Below are positions 18,734 through 28,878 of a DNA stretch of 64,000 nucleotides, in pieces; the first letter of the stretch is position 1, and the number at the start of each line of letters is the position of its first letter. Under the pieces are notes generated by a model. That model worked only from the letters and a program-made list of their open reading frames with translations, was not told the origin of the DNA and did not search any database. The position numbers and the translations under genes are program-made. Origin of the DNA: Spirulina sp. (GTDB taxonomy: Bacteria; Cyanobacteriota; Cyanobacteriia; Phormidesmidales; Phormidesmidaceae); contig JBIPSI010000019.1 of the NCBI GenBank assembly GCA_044070495.1, positions 32,001-96,000 on the forward strand, read 5' to 3'.

Positions 18734-18771
18734 AAACAAGGGGAACCTGAGGTCTAAGGTTCCCTTGTTTT
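18734..18771. terminator. Intrinsic-terminator-like hairpin
   Basis: AAACAAGGGGAACCT...AGGTTCCCTTGTTTT, ~100 bp downstream of guaA. Confidence 0.6.
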
Positions 18772-18873
18772 AGACGTATTTGACGTATCTAGCGATGCCA
18801 CGCGGCTTCCCGCAGGATAGGGAGAATGTCCCATGCCTGAGCGAAGCCGGGTGGCGTTCCCCATGCACTTACC

Positions 18874-20487
18874 CTATTCCCATTCGATGGTGCCAGGCGG
18901 CTTGGAGGTGATGTCGTAGACCACGCGGTTGACGCCTTCCACTTCGTTAACGATGCGGTTGGAGATGGTCTCCAGCAGGTCGTAGGGCACCCGCGACCAG
19001 TCGGCGGTCATCCCGTCTTCGCTGCTGACCAGGCGCAGCACAATCGGGTAGGCGTAGGTGCGTTGGTCGCCCATCACCCCCACACTGCGGACGGGCAGCA
19101 GCACCGCAAAGGCCTGCCAAAAGTCGTGGTACATGCCCTGTTTGCTGATTTCATCCCGCACCACGAAGTCGGCATTACGGAGGATTTCCAGCCGTTCTTC
19201 GGTAATTTCGCCGATGATGCGAATGGCCAAACCGGGGCCAGGGAAGGGGTGGCGACGGACGATTTCTTCGGGCAGGCCAATGTTGCGACCCACCTTGCGA
19301 ACTTCATCCTTAAAGAGTTTCCGCAGAGGTTCCACCAGCTTGAACTGAAGATCCTTCGGCAGACCGCCCACATTGTGGTGGCTCTTGATCTTCACCGCCA
19401 CCCGCTCCCCGGTTTTGGGGTCTACATTGGTATCGGCGGATTCGATCACGTCGGGATACAGCGTGCCCTGGGCCAGGTAGTCGAAGGGGCCGAGGCGGTT
19501 GGATTCTTCCTCAAACACGCGGATGAATTCGTGGCCGATGCGCTTGCGTTTTTCTTCGGGATCGGTGATGCCCTGCACCACATGCAGGAAGCGTTCCCGT
19601 GCTTTGATGTGCTGCACAGGGATATGGAACTGCTCTTGGAAGAGCTTCACCAGCCGCTCCGGTTCGCCCTTGCGCATAAAGCCCTGGTCGATGAACATAC
19701 AGGTGAGCTGGTCGCCGATGGCCTCATGGAGCAAAAAGGCCAGGGTTGAGGAATCCACGCCGCCGGAGAGGGCCAGCAGCACCCGCTTGTCGCCTACCCT
19801 AGCCCGGACTTCGCGGATGGCCTCTTCTACAAAGGCTTCCGTGGTCCAGGTGGGCTGGCACTCGCAGATGTGGTAAACAAAGTTGCGAATTAGGGCAATG
19901 CCGCCGAGGGAATGCACCACCTCTGGGTGGAACTGCACGCCATAGAGCTTGCGGCTGTGGTCGGCGATGGCGGCGCAGGGGGTATTGTCGGTGTGGGCTA
20001 GGACTTCAAAGCCATCGGGCAGGCGGGTTACCGAATCGCCGTGGCTCATCCACATGGTGGTGTTGTCTTCTACATTGGTGAGTAGGTCGGTGGGGTCATC
20101 GATGAATAGACCGGCCTTGCCGTACTCGCCTCGCTCCGCCCGTTCCACTTGGCCACCCAATTGCTGCACCATGAGCTGCATCCCGTAGCACACGCCCAAA
20201 ATGGGAATGCCCAACTCCCAAATCGCCGGGTCGCAGTGGGGTGCCCCGGCGTCGTAGACCGAACTGGGGCCACCGGAGAGGATGATGCCCTTGGGGTTGA
20301 GCTGTTTAAGCTGCTCGGCGGTGGTGCGGTAGGAGAGCACCTCGGAATACACCTCGGTTTCGCGAATGCGGCGGGCGATTAGCTCGGAATATTGGGAACC
20401 AAAGTCGAGAATCACCAGCATTTGGCGGTTGACCTCTGGCATGGAGGCGTCGTCGAGGTGGGTGGTGGAGTCGGTTTGAAGGGTCAC
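18874..20487 (-). CDS. guaA: GMP synthase (glutamine-hydrolysing)
   Basis: LDFGSQY, GVCYGMQ, SGGVDS and KPPGTIEWE. Confidence 0.99.
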   Translation of the reverse strand: MTLQTDSTTHLDDASMPEVNRQMLVILDFGSQYSELIARRIRETEVYSEVLSYRTTAEQLKQLNPKGIILSGGPSSVYDAGAPHCDPAIWELGIPILGVCYGMQLMVQQLGGQVERAERGEYGKAGLFIDDPTDLLTNVEDNTTMWMSHGDSVTRLPDGFEVLAHTDNTPCAAIADHSRKLYGVQFHPEVVHSLGGIALIRNFVYHICECQPTWTTEAFVEEAIREVRARVGDKRVLLALSGGVDSSTLAFLLHEAIGDQLTCMFIDQGFMRKGEPERLVKLFQEQFHIPVQHIKARERFLHVVQGITDPEEKRKRIGHEFIRVFEEESNRLGPFDYLAQGTLYPDVIESADTNVDPKTGERVAVKIKSHHNVGGLPKDLQFKLVEPLRKLFKDEVRKVGRNIGLPEEIVRRHPFPGPGLAIRIIGEITEERLEILRNADFVVRDEISKQGMYHDFWQAFAVLLPVRSVGVMGDQRTYAYPIVLRLVSSEDGMTADWSRVPYDLLETISNRIVNEVEGVNRVVYDITSKPPGTIEWE

Positions 20488-20755
20488 TAGCTTAATCCTG
20501 TAGATTGACGACGGGGAGTGACGATAGGGCTAAAAGAGCTAAGGCGAGGGCAACGATATCGACAATGTGGACAATATGAGGGGTTTTAAAGGTACCCGTA
20601 TTCTGGTGGCAACGCCATCAGAACCAGGATGCTAAGACACGATTCAGCAGAGGCTTGTAAAGGGAGGTTGGTAAAAAATAATCCTCTCAGTCTAACAAAA
20701 CTTGCTGAAATAACGTCTGCGCCTCTAGCCCTGATTCCGAGATCCCAAGGTGGGC

Positions 20756-22021
20756 CTAGGTTTGACCGAAGGGCAGGGCTAGGCGCTGTACCCAGGGGTG
20801 AATCTCGCGGGGATAGAGCAGCCAAATGCGCTCGGCGGGCTGACTGAGGGTGTTCACCAGGGGCGAAAGGTCTTTGATGTCCACAAAGGTATTATCGACG
20901 TGCATGTGGATGCCCTGCTGGTAGGTGGTGTAGCCTCGGCTCCAGGTGTGTTCTAGGGCGGCGTAGGTTTCGCCAGCCAATCCTTGTTCGTTGAGATGGG
21001 CCTGCACCTGCGTTAGAAGCCTCTCTTGTTGATCGTCCGACAGACGGGTGATTTCCAAGGTCTTCAGCAAATCCCGATCCACGTACCGACGGCAGAGATC
21101 CGCCAGCAAAGCATCTTTCCCCCGCTGCCAGCGCTGGAGGTGGTAGTTCAGTACGGCGTCATCGGCAGCCAGATAGGTTTCCAGGGAAAGGGGAACTTGG
21201 GCCGATTGCAGCCAAGCCGCCATGGTCTCATCGGCCTCTAGTTGCCCGGATGGGTGAAGGACACGGGCGCGGTTGAAGGCGCATTTCAGCAGCCAAGTGG
21301 CGGCAATATTTTTGGGATGGTTGTACACCTGGGCATACATGAAATGGCGCACCACCAGGTAATGCTCGATGGCCGAAAGCCCCTTGTGGGCCACCACCAG
21401 GCGGTTGCTCTCCGGCTCCAACTCCAGCGCCATCAGGATGCGATCCAAATCTAGTCGCCCGTAGCCAGCCCCGGTGGAGTAGCTGTCGCGCAGCAGGTAA
21501 TCCAAACGGTCGCAATCTAACTGGCTAGACACCAACTGCCACACCAGCGGCACCGGATGGGTATGGGTGTAGACCTGCTCGATAGCGGGGATCAGGTCGG
21601 CGGAATATTGCGTCAGGGGGTCACGGATGGCAGGGATTTCCTGAATGATGCGCTGCGTCCAATACTCGTGGTGTAGGCCAAAGATTTCCTCCGCCGTGTG
21701 GCTAAAGGGGCCATGGCCAATGTCGTGCAGCAGGGCAGCACAGAGCACCGTGGCCCGATGGGGACGCAAACTGGGATAGCGCCCCAATAGCTGATCAAAG
21801 GCGCGGCGAGCCAGGGCCATCACCCCCAGGGAGTGGGTAAAGCGCGAACTTTCGGCCCCGTGGAAGGTGAGGTAGGCTGGCCCCAGTTGCCGAATTCGCC
21901 GCAACCGCTGAAAGGCCGGAGTATCAATCAACCGAATCAGCAACGCCTCTTCGGGGTCGCTGGTGTGCAGGGTAATCGCCCCATGCAGCGGATCGTGGTA
22001 GGTGCGGGAGGGCTTGAACAT
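20756..22021 (-). CDS. HD-domain phosphohydrolase (dNTP triphosphohydrolase-like)
   Basis: FQRLRRIRQLG, RFTHSLG, LLHDIGHGPFSH and DCDRLDYLLRD. Confidence 0.92.
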   Translation of the reverse strand: MFKPSRTYHDPLHGAITLHTSDPEEALLIRLIDTPAFQRLRRIRQLGPAYLTFHGAESSRFTHSLGVMALARRAFDQLLGRYPSLRPHRATVLCAALLHDIGHGPFSHTAEEIFGLHHEYWTQRIIQEIPAIRDPLTQYSADLIPAIEQVYTHTHPVPLVWQLVSSQLDCDRLDYLLRDSYSTGAGYGRLDLDRILMALELEPESNRLVVAHKGLSAIEHYLVVRHFMYAQVYNHPKNIAATWLLKCAFNRARVLHPSGQLEADETMAAWLQSAQVPLSLETYLAADDAVLNYHLQRWQRGKDALLADLCRRYVDRDLLKTLEITRLSDDQQERLLTQVQAHLNEQGLAGETYAALEHTWSRGYTTYQQGIHMHVDNTFVDIKDLSPLVNTLSQPAERIWLLYPREIHPWVQRLALPFGQT

Positions 22022-22034
22022 GATGGATGCGTTT

Positions 22035-22307
22035 CTAAGGCCCAGCGAAAATCGCTTCTTCTAGGTCTTTGCGGCTGAGGGAATATTTGAAGATGCGCTG
22101 CACATCCTTGCCATCGGCTCCGGCGTTGATATAGCGCACCACTAGGGCATCGATATCTAAAATTACATCGGCTTCCCAGAGAGGACGCTGTACATGCCAG
22201 CGGTGGGGCACATCGGTATGTTGTTCGCAACCCTGGCGACGCAGCCAGTCTTCAATATCCGGCAGGGTGTGGTTATAGAGGGGGGTGCTAGCGGTGGGAA
22301 GAGCCAT
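22035..22307 (-). CDS. DUF3143 family protein
   Basis: TPLYNHTLPDIEDWL...FKYSLSRKDLEEAIFAGP. Confidence 0.85.
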   Translation of the reverse strand: MALPTASTPLYNHTLPDIEDWLRRQGCEQHTDVPHRWHVQRPLWEADVILDIDALVVRYINAGADGKDVQRIFKYSLSRKDLEEAIFAGP

Positions 22308-22343
22308 AGAAACAACCTAGGGTTCGCAGAAATTAAGGGATTT

Positions 22344-22423
22344 GTAGGGTGGGCACCGCCCACCGAAGAGAATGTTTTCTCAAAAAATATCGTCTTAAAT
22401 GAGTAGGGTGGGTACCGCCCACC
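22344..22423 (+). repeat. Two tandem GTAG-type REP copies
   Basis: 22344-22364 and 22403-22423, direct orientation. Confidence 0.85.
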
Positions 22424-22460
22424 ATCAGCAAAACCGCTTGCTAAACAGCATTGTCTTAAC

Positions 22461-22610
22461 TTATAGCGGATTTCACTTGGGTGAAGTACATGGCGATGAT
22501 CCCCCCTCCCCCCTTGATAAGGGGGATACAGAGTGAAGCTTAGACGGCTAGGGACTGGGGGATCTAGAACCCAGTAATGGGGTATCTCACTCTATTGAGA
22601 ACCGCTATAA
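22461..22610. mobile_element. MITE (TATAGCGG...CCGCTATA type) with an internal GC-rich hairpin repeat
   Basis: 29-bp imperfect TIRs (22/29 match), 150 bp, non-coding. Confidence 0.75.
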
Positions 22611-22666
22611 ATTAAATCCTGGCTTAGAAATACCTAGGGCCAAGGAAAAATCCTGCCATCCTTAGC

Positions 22667-23284
22667 CTACAGCCAAGTGGGTGGCCCCTGGGCAGGGCGA
22701 GGGGTGGACGGCAGGCTTGGAGCCGTGCCAGCGGGGCCAGGGGGATTCTGGAGTTCTGTGGTGGTCATCGGCGCAGAGGCGGGTGCCCCATCCGAGGTCA
22801 GGGTAGCGGCGTCTAGGGGTTCGGGGTTGATGGCATACTCGCCACGGGTGAGGCTCACCGTCACCACTAGGGCCAAACAGGCCACAAAGGTGAGTCCCAG
22901 GATGAACAGGGCGAAAATTTCCCCGGCTGAAAGGGGCCGATCCGTGGGGTCGAGGTAGAGGTTGGAGGGTTCCTTGCGACGGGGAACGGCACTACTGGCC
23001 CGCGACAGGGGTTCCAGCGGCTGCATCACCGAAATGCGGGAATAGCCCACCTGTTTATCGTAGGTCCAGCGGCGATCTGGGCTGCTGAGGATGCCGTAGG
23101 CTTCGTTGAGCTGCTGAAACTTTGCGGTGGCTTCCTCCGCTGGTAGGGTAGTGGTGTCGGGGTGGTAGAGCTTGCTCAGTTCCCGAAACGCCTGCCGAAT
23201 TTGCTGGGGGCTAGCGGTCGGCTTCACCCCTAGGCGGTCGTAGTGGGTTTCGGGTCTTGGGTTGGGTGCAGGCATAGACGCCAC
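22667..23284 (-). CDS. J-domain (DnaJ-like) membrane protein
   Basis: HYDRLGV...KLYHPD...LNEAYGILS; DRPLSAGE followed by a TM helix. Confidence 0.92.
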   Translation of the reverse strand: MASMPAPNPRPETHYDRLGVKPTASPQQIRQAFRELSKLYHPDTTTLPAEEATAKFQQLNEAYGILSSPDRRWTYDKQVGYSRISVMQPLEPLSRASSAVPRRKEPSNLYLDPTDRPLSAGEIFALFILGLTFVACLALVVTVSLTRGEYAINPEPLDAATLTSDGAPASAPMTTTELQNPPGPAGTAPSLPSTPRPAQGPPTWL

Positions 23285-23322
23285 GGGCCTTTTATCAGCA
23301 AAGAAAATCGGTAATGGCTAGG

Positions 23323-24177
23323 CTAACACGGAGCCGATTCCCATTCCGACAACGAACGGCTGAGGCGAATTTGGGCCAGGGTAAACACCACCGGAATCAC
23401 CCGACCGTAGTTCGTTGCAATGGCGCGCCACCCTAAATCGGCAAAGAACCAGGCCCACAGGGCTGGCCCCACCCAAGCCAATAGCGTACGGGTGGCGCTG
23501 TAACGAGCCGCATTCATCGCCACCCCACGGGAGGCCATACCCAGAGCCACGCGACTTTGAATCTGAGCTAAAGCTGTGCCGCCGCCCCGAACTAGGGTTT
23601 GTTTGGCCAGTTCATAGCGGGCCACTTGGAGCAATACCTGGCGGGCCAAATGGTGGAGCAACCAAGGCCGCAGCAGCGCACTCACCGCTAAGGCGCTGCC
23701 CCCCTTCACCAACAGCCCTGTGGGATTGGCTTGCAGCGCCTGGGGTAAGGTCTGGAACTGGGGCGACTGGGCCAGGGTTTGTCGCAGTTCCTTCTGCACC
23801 TGTTGCCGTTCCCTTGGAGGGAGTTTCTCCCAGGCCGACTCAATCAGATGTAGAAAGACCTCCGCCTCCAAGTCCTCCGTGGGCCAAGCCTCGGCGTAGG
23901 GCAAGCGTAGGTAGCGGCACACTTGCACCAGCGCTTGGCGATAGGTCATGGCCTGACTTTGGCCGTGTAGCACCGTCAGCCCATCCGCTGCCAAAAACCG
24001 AAACCGCTGTTCTAGCCGATCCAGCCACTGCTGCCGTGACCCACTTTGCACCGTCAGCGGATCCAGGCGATTGAGGTAATCTAGCGGGTTAAACTTGGGC
24101 CGAAACAACATCTCGGTCAGAGCCTGGAGTTCTTCCTCCGTGGCCAATTCCAGGGCCGAACGCAGCTCATCCACCAC
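23323..24177 (-). CDS. YaaW family protein
   Basis: DELRSALELATEEEL, RFRFLAADG and ATNYGRVIP motifs. Confidence 0.85.
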   Translation of the reverse strand: MVDELRSALELATEEELQALTEMLFRPKFNPLDYLNRLDPLTVQSGSRQQWLDRLEQRFRFLAADGLTVLHGQSQAMTYRQALVQVCRYLRLPYAEAWPTEDLEAEVFLHLIESAWEKLPPRERQQVQKELRQTLAQSPQFQTLPQALQANPTGLLVKGGSALAVSALLRPWLLHHLARQVLLQVARYELAKQTLVRGGGTALAQIQSRVALGMASRGVAMNAARYSATRTLLAWVGPALWAWFFADLGWRAIATNYGRVIPVVFTLAQIRLSRSLSEWESAPC

Positions 24178-24335
24178 CGCTCACCGTTCGATACAATTAC
24201 CCCTTAATTTTTACACCATATTTTCCTGAGCAGAGGCATACGGCCTAGGCGAACACCCATCTAACCCCAGCCCGCATCAACAGCCGGGATGTAGGCGCTA
24301 CCGATATACTGGAAGGGTCGTTGCACCCCCTGGCT

Positions 24336-24740
24336 ATGACTACTTCGCCTACGGCCAATCCTGCGGCTGCGTCCATCACCGAACTTGCTCCCAGTTACCG
24401 CATTCCGCTGGCGCTGGTGGGGCTAGCCATACCGCTAGCAGTGCTTAACCTCTGGCTGGGCGGCGTGGTCGGGCTGTTTGGCGTGTTTTTGTGGATTCAG
24501 GCCATCACCCTGCGGCTGCGCTTTACCGAGACCGCCCTGGATATTTATCGAGGGCAAAAACAGATTCGCCAGTTTCCCTACGCCGAGTGGGAACACTGGG
24601 AGATTTTCTGGTCTCCAGTGCCCATTCTGTTCTATTTTCGGGAGGTGAAAAGCATTCACTTTTTGCCGATCATCTTTAGCCCCAGCCAGCTTAGGACAGC
24701 CCTAGAAGACCGCTGTCCTCTACCCCTAAAACAGGGTTAG
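24336..24740 (+). CDS. DUF3119 family membrane protein
   Basis: FPYAEW..WEIFW..VPILFYFREVKSIHFLPI. Confidence 0.88.
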   Translation: MTTSPTANPAAASITELAPSYRIPLALVGLAIPLAVLNLWLGGVVGLFGVFLWIQAITLRLRFTETALDIYRGQKQIRQFPYAEWEHWEIFWSPVPILFYFREVKSIHFLPIIFSPSQLRTALEDRCPLPLKQG

Positions 24741-24855
24741 GAACTTACAAAAGCGTCCAAAGTAGGTGAGTTTTGGCGTGGGAATACCTACTATCCTGTG
24801 AGTGGCCGACTGGAGCAGATGACACGCCAAGATATATCAGCCAGGATATTTTGAT

Positions 24856-24876
24856 GGTGGGCAGCGCCCACCCTAC
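24856..24876 (-). repeat. Single GTAG-type REP
   Basis: GGTGGGCAGCGCCCACCCTAC. Confidence 0.8.
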
Positions 24877-24895
24877 CGTTGATGTTCATTAAAGG

Positions 24896-26074
24896 ATGTC
24901 CATGACCCCCGACGAGTTTTCCCCATCGACGCCATCACCCGAAAGCAGTGCCAGTGGCGAGGGCAGCGGTTCTGCCTCGGTGGATTTTTCGGGTCTGCGA
25001 TCCGAGGGACTGGGACTGGGGGGAGCATCCTCTGAGGGTTCGCGCTCCGAGGGATTTCGGTCGGACTGGAGTACGCGCATGGACAGCCTGAAGCAGCAGG
25101 AGGCCGACCTGAAGCGCAGCATTGCCGACCTGCAAGCCACCTACAACCGTCTCACCCAGGATCAATTTAAGAAAATCCAGACCGATATCAGCCGCATGGT
25201 GGAGCAGGGCACCGCCGAGCTAGAACAGCGCAAGCGCACCCTGCAACTCGACATCGAAAAGCTAGAGCGTCGCCAGGAGCGCATCCAGGCGGAAATGCGC
25301 ACCACCTTTGCCGGGGCTTCCCAAGATTTGGCGGTGCGGGTGCAGGGCTTTAAGGATTACCTGGTAGGCAGTTTGCAGGATTTGGCCACCGCCGCCGAGC
25401 AGCTAAACATGGCTCCCGCTGCCGCCCCCCCGCGAGAGCCGGAGGTGATTCAGTCTGGGGCAGGTCGCCGTCCTCGCCCCCAAGCCCCCGCCCAGCCCCC
25501 GGCGGATGGGGCTGCCCTAGGCTTTGCCGCCAGCACCTTCCAAGACCAAACCGAACGGGTTCGCAGCCTGCTAGATCAATACCGGATGCGGCCCGACTAT
25601 TACGGCCCCGTGTGGCAACTGCGGCGCACCTTCGAGCCGATCCATGCCGAGCGGGTGTCGGGCTGGTTCTTTGCCCAGGGCGGACGCGGTGCCGTGAAAA
25701 GCATGGGCAGCCGCTTGCAGAACGTACTGGTGGCCTCGGCGGCGATTTCCATTTTGCACACCCTCTACGGCGGACGACTGCGGACGCTGGTACTCTCCAA
25801 CAGCCCCGAACGGCTGGGGGAATGGCGACGAGGGCTGCAAGACTGCCTGGGCGTATCGCGGGCCGACTTTGGCACAGGCCAAGGGCTGATGCTATTTGAT
25901 GCCCCAGAACCCCTCGCCCAACGGGCGGATCGGATTCGGTCTGAGGGTGGCCTACCGCTGATTGTGGTAGACGAAGCCGAAGCGGTGATTAGCCTTGCCC
26001 TGCTTCAGTTTCCCCTGTGGCTGGCCTTTGCCCCCGACCCGGCTAACCCCATCAATGAATATGACTATTTCTAA
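24896..26074 (+). CDS. DUF3086 family protein
   Basis: FAGASQDLAVRVQGFKDYLVGSLQDL, PDYYGPVWQLRR and ERLGEWRRGLQDCLG. Confidence 0.9.
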   Translation: MSMTPDEFSPSTPSPESSASGEGSGSASVDFSGLRSEGLGLGGASSEGSRSEGFRSDWSTRMDSLKQQEADLKRSIADLQATYNRLTQDQFKKIQTDISRMVEQGTAELEQRKRTLQLDIEKLERRQERIQAEMRTTFAGASQDLAVRVQGFKDYLVGSLQDLATAAEQLNMAPAAAPPREPEVIQSGAGRRPRPQAPAQPPADGAALGFAASTFQDQTERVRSLLDQYRMRPDYYGPVWQLRRTFEPIHAERVSGWFFAQGGRGAVKSMGSRLQNVLVASAAISILHTLYGGRLRTLVLSNSPERLGEWRRGLQDCLGVSRADFGTGQGLMLFDAPEPLAQRADRIRSEGGLPLIVVDEAEAVISLALLQFPLWLAFAPDPANPINEYDYF

Positions 26075-26111
26075 CCTTCAGCCAGTCAAACAGATTCAGT
26101 AGATCACAAAC

Positions 26112-26561
26112 TTGCTCTATTGCCCTGATTTGGCCCTCATCCTCGAACGCCTCGTTGCCCTCAACGCCCAACGCGCCGAAGAAGAACGCAACGGACTCAT
26201 CCGCTGGCTGCGGCCAGAGTATCAAGCCCCAGATTCCGTACGGGCGCACGGCGGTGCGCCCCAACAGGGCATTCTCGAAGGCATTACCTCCCCCGAAGAG
26301 ACCGTCGTGGAACCCGTAGAACAGCGCAAGTGGCCCACCCAGCCCAAAGCTCAACTCGCCGCCATTCGAGACTTGCTCCGCACCAGCAGCGGCGAATGGA
26401 CAGTGCCTCAAATTGCCGCCCAATTTACCGGGAAAAATACTAAGAAAAAAATCGACACCATCACCGAAAACTTGGAACGCCTAGAATGGTTTGGCTTAGT
26501 GATCTGTCAGAAACATAACGGCATTCTCCACTGGCACCACACCGAACTCCTAACCGCTTAA
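26112..26561 (+). pseudogene. C-terminal remnant of a type IIL/MmeI-like DNA methyltransferase-restriction enzyme
   Basis: ILERLVALNAQRAEEERNGLIRWLRPEYQAP...WPTQPKAQLAAIRDLL; no ATG or RBS and no MTase motifs. Confidence 0.7.
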
Positions 26562-28654
26562 TGAGGTAAATATTGATCAAATTGTCTTAGACTATCTGTG
26601 CTTTGATACTCTTGCGGACGAATTTGTCGCAACACAATTGCAGCTTGTAGTGGATCTCTAGTGATGAGTTGCAGAGCCTTGTTAGGCTCTGATAAAAATT
26701 CAAAACTGAGCGATGTAATCTCGGTTGCCCCTTCACCACCTTGGCCGTAATATCTGGATGTATATTGACCTGTGGCTTCGTATGTACCTCGGTATCGACT
26801 TTCCGTCGGCATACCGCCTTTTTTGCCTTTGAGGGGGTTATGGCCGACCCGATTGCCACCACCATTTGCAGCGTGACGTGATCTCAACAACAACTGATTC
26901 TCATGCCACAAATCACTGGATATGTTCTCCTCAACATAGTGACCAATTTCATGTGCAATGAGATTAGGTTTCTCGTTATAGCCAATGGTGATAACACCTG
27001 TAAGCTGACCAGGACGCTCGTATCCTGCTAATAATTTGATTCCCATGCCAACAGTATTATCTGCTTTAATACTTTTCCGAGTTGTGACCTGTATTTGAGG
27101 TGGATTTAGTTGCTCAAGAATTTGGGGTTCAATAAGTCGCTTGATGAATGTTTCGGCTGTCTGAAGGCGTCCTTCTAAAGCATTTCGTTTAACTCCATTG
27201 GCTTCAAGATCTTGACGAGAAGCATTACCCATAAAAAGGCGCGTTTTCTTAGTGACAATTTGAACATTATCCAGAATTGAGCCATCATTTTTCCACTGAG
27301 ATTCTCTTTGCTGCCCTTGTTCTAAATCGTCATCGTCTACGTCATGAGCAACAAACATGTCCTGATTTTGATCAGGATGGATGAGGTACTGTATCGTTGG
27401 CATTTGCTGCAACGCTGTAGCAAACTGCTGCTTCACATTATTTGCAAGATAGGCTTGAGGCAAAGCAACGTTTTCTCGTTCTTTCAGATAATAATCGTGA
27501 ACTCTAGTAATATATCCAAGTCCTTTTTCTTGCTCGAAATCGGCGCAGCAATTGCTATAGAAATTAAGAAATTTAGCTTTAAATTCTTGATCGCTTTGAT
27601 TGATTTCTGTTGATACTGTACCAAGCAAGCCATCAATGCTTGTAACATCAATAGTGTTGCGATCTAGCAATTGGACAAAATCTCCAGAGATATCTTGATC
27701 GTCAGATTGTTGTGCCTGCGCCTCAAGATAGTCATAGAATTCCTGTGCGAATCTTTGGGAAACTTCCGTATAACCAGGAGATTGACGAGCATCCATTTCA
27801 TTAAAACGGCTCCGAGTCAGTGATTGAAGACTATCAATTGGATCGCCAACTTTGGCTTGAATTCTGACCGGTGCAGTAGCAGCCCCGTTTTGTTGAATGA
27901 CATGGGTAAGCTCATGAGCAATGAGCTCCTGCCCATTTCGACTGCTGGGCTGATAGGCCCCTTGGCGGAAGAAAATATCTTGCCCGGTGGTAAAAGCCTT
28001 AGCCTGGATGGATCGATTGAGTTGGTCAGCTTGGCTATCCGCATGGATGGTGACGCCGCTAAAGTCGGCTCCCATGGCTTGGCCCATTTGTTTTTGCAGG
28101 TTGGGGTCTAGGGCTTGGCCGCTGCCCCTAGCCTGGGAAATAGCGGATTCTAAAGATTCTGAGGCTGGCCCACCTGCCACAGCTTCGTTGGCGGGGCGCA
28201 TTTGCAGTTCGTCTTCTTCCGGGATATTCCGCTGCAAAATGGGTTTCATTTGCAGCTCTTCTTCTTCGGGCATCTCCAGCCGTTGAAGCATGGGCGACCT
28301 TTGTAGTTCGTCTTCTTCCAAAGCATCTCGCTGGAGGGGGGCATTGGCTTGGGGGGAGTGAATCTGCTGCACCACCTGGCTGGCTACCCGGTCGGCCTCC
28401 TGTTCGTACCTATCGCCCGGTGCGCCGATGGTGAGCTTGGGTTGAATCGGCTGGCTGCTCGTGCCGGTTGGAGCTTGGATGGAAAAGGTCAGGAAAGATG
28501 CCTGATTAAATATCGGGCCAGGGGCGGCGAGAGCCTGATCCGCTGGGGTCTGAGCCTCTGGGGTGGGCGCAAAGGGGCGAGGCTGAAAAGGGTTAGATCG
28601 CTGAGCCGCCGGGGGCTGAAAAGACTGGTCTTTGCGAGATGGATGTTCTTTCAT
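26558..28654 (-). CDS. DUF4157 (eCIS-core) domain protein with C-terminal putative zinc-metallopeptidase/toxin domain
   Basis: QPKLTIGAPGDRYEQEADRVA, MGADFSGVTIH, AKAFTTGQDIFF and LIAHELTHVIQQ; second HExxH (HEIGH); ATG 28654 with GAAGGGA RBS. Confidence 0.9.
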   Translation of the reverse strand: MKEHPSRKDQSFQPPAAQRSNPFQPRPFAPTPEAQTPADQALAAPGPIFNQASFLTFSIQAPTGTSSQPIQPKLTIGAPGDRYEQEADRVASQVVQQIHSPQANAPLQRDALEEDELQRSPMLQRLEMPEEEELQMKPILQRNIPEEDELQMRPANEAVAGGPASESLESAISQARGSGQALDPNLQKQMGQAMGADFSGVTIHADSQADQLNRSIQAKAFTTGQDIFFRQGAYQPSSRNGQELIAHELTHVIQQNGAATAPVRIQAKVGDPIDSLQSLTRSRFNEMDARQSPGYTEVSQRFAQEFYDYLEAQAQQSDDQDISGDFVQLLDRNTIDVTSIDGLLGTVSTEINQSDQEFKAKFLNFYSNCCADFEQEKGLGYITRVHDYYLKERENVALPQAYLANNVKQQFATALQQMPTIQYLIHPDQNQDMFVAHDVDDDDLEQGQQRESQWKNDGSILDNVQIVTKKTRLFMGNASRQDLEANGVKRNALEGRLQTAETFIKRLIEPQILEQLNPPQIQVTTRKSIKADNTVGMGIKLLAGYERPGQLTGVITIGYNEKPNLIAHEIGHYVEENISSDLWHENQLLLRSRHAANGGGNRVGHNPLKGKKGGMPTESRYRGTYEATGQYTSRYYGQGGEGATEITSLSFEFLSEPNKALQLITRDPLQAAIVLRQIRPQEYQSTDSLRQFDQYLPH

Positions 28655-28801
28655 CGCGATTCCCTTCAGATCTGGCTGGGGCAATAGCCTACAGGTCTTT
28701 GCACCAATATGGCACAGGGAAGCACGAGAGTCTCCTAGCAAATGGTCGAACCCTGGTTAGGCGCAGTTAGTCAGTCCCACCGACGGATGCAAGGTTCTAG
28801 G

Positions 28802-28855
28802 TTAGCCTTCGCCCCCGCCCCCACCAATCCCATTAACGAGTACGACTATTTCTAA
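28802..28855 (+). repeat. Diverged duplicate of the DUF3086 gene 3' end (islet boundary)
   Basis: LAFAPAPTNPINEYDYF* versus LAFAPDPANPINEYDYF* at 26021-26074. Confidence 0.9.
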
Positions 28856-28878
28856 GCCTCAGCAGGTAAAAAAGATCA

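Noticed and set aside
22344..22460. Possible mini-CRISPR (21-bp repeat, ~38-bp spacers)
   Set aside because: Only two repeats, same family as the REP dispersed across the window, and no cas genes or leader.
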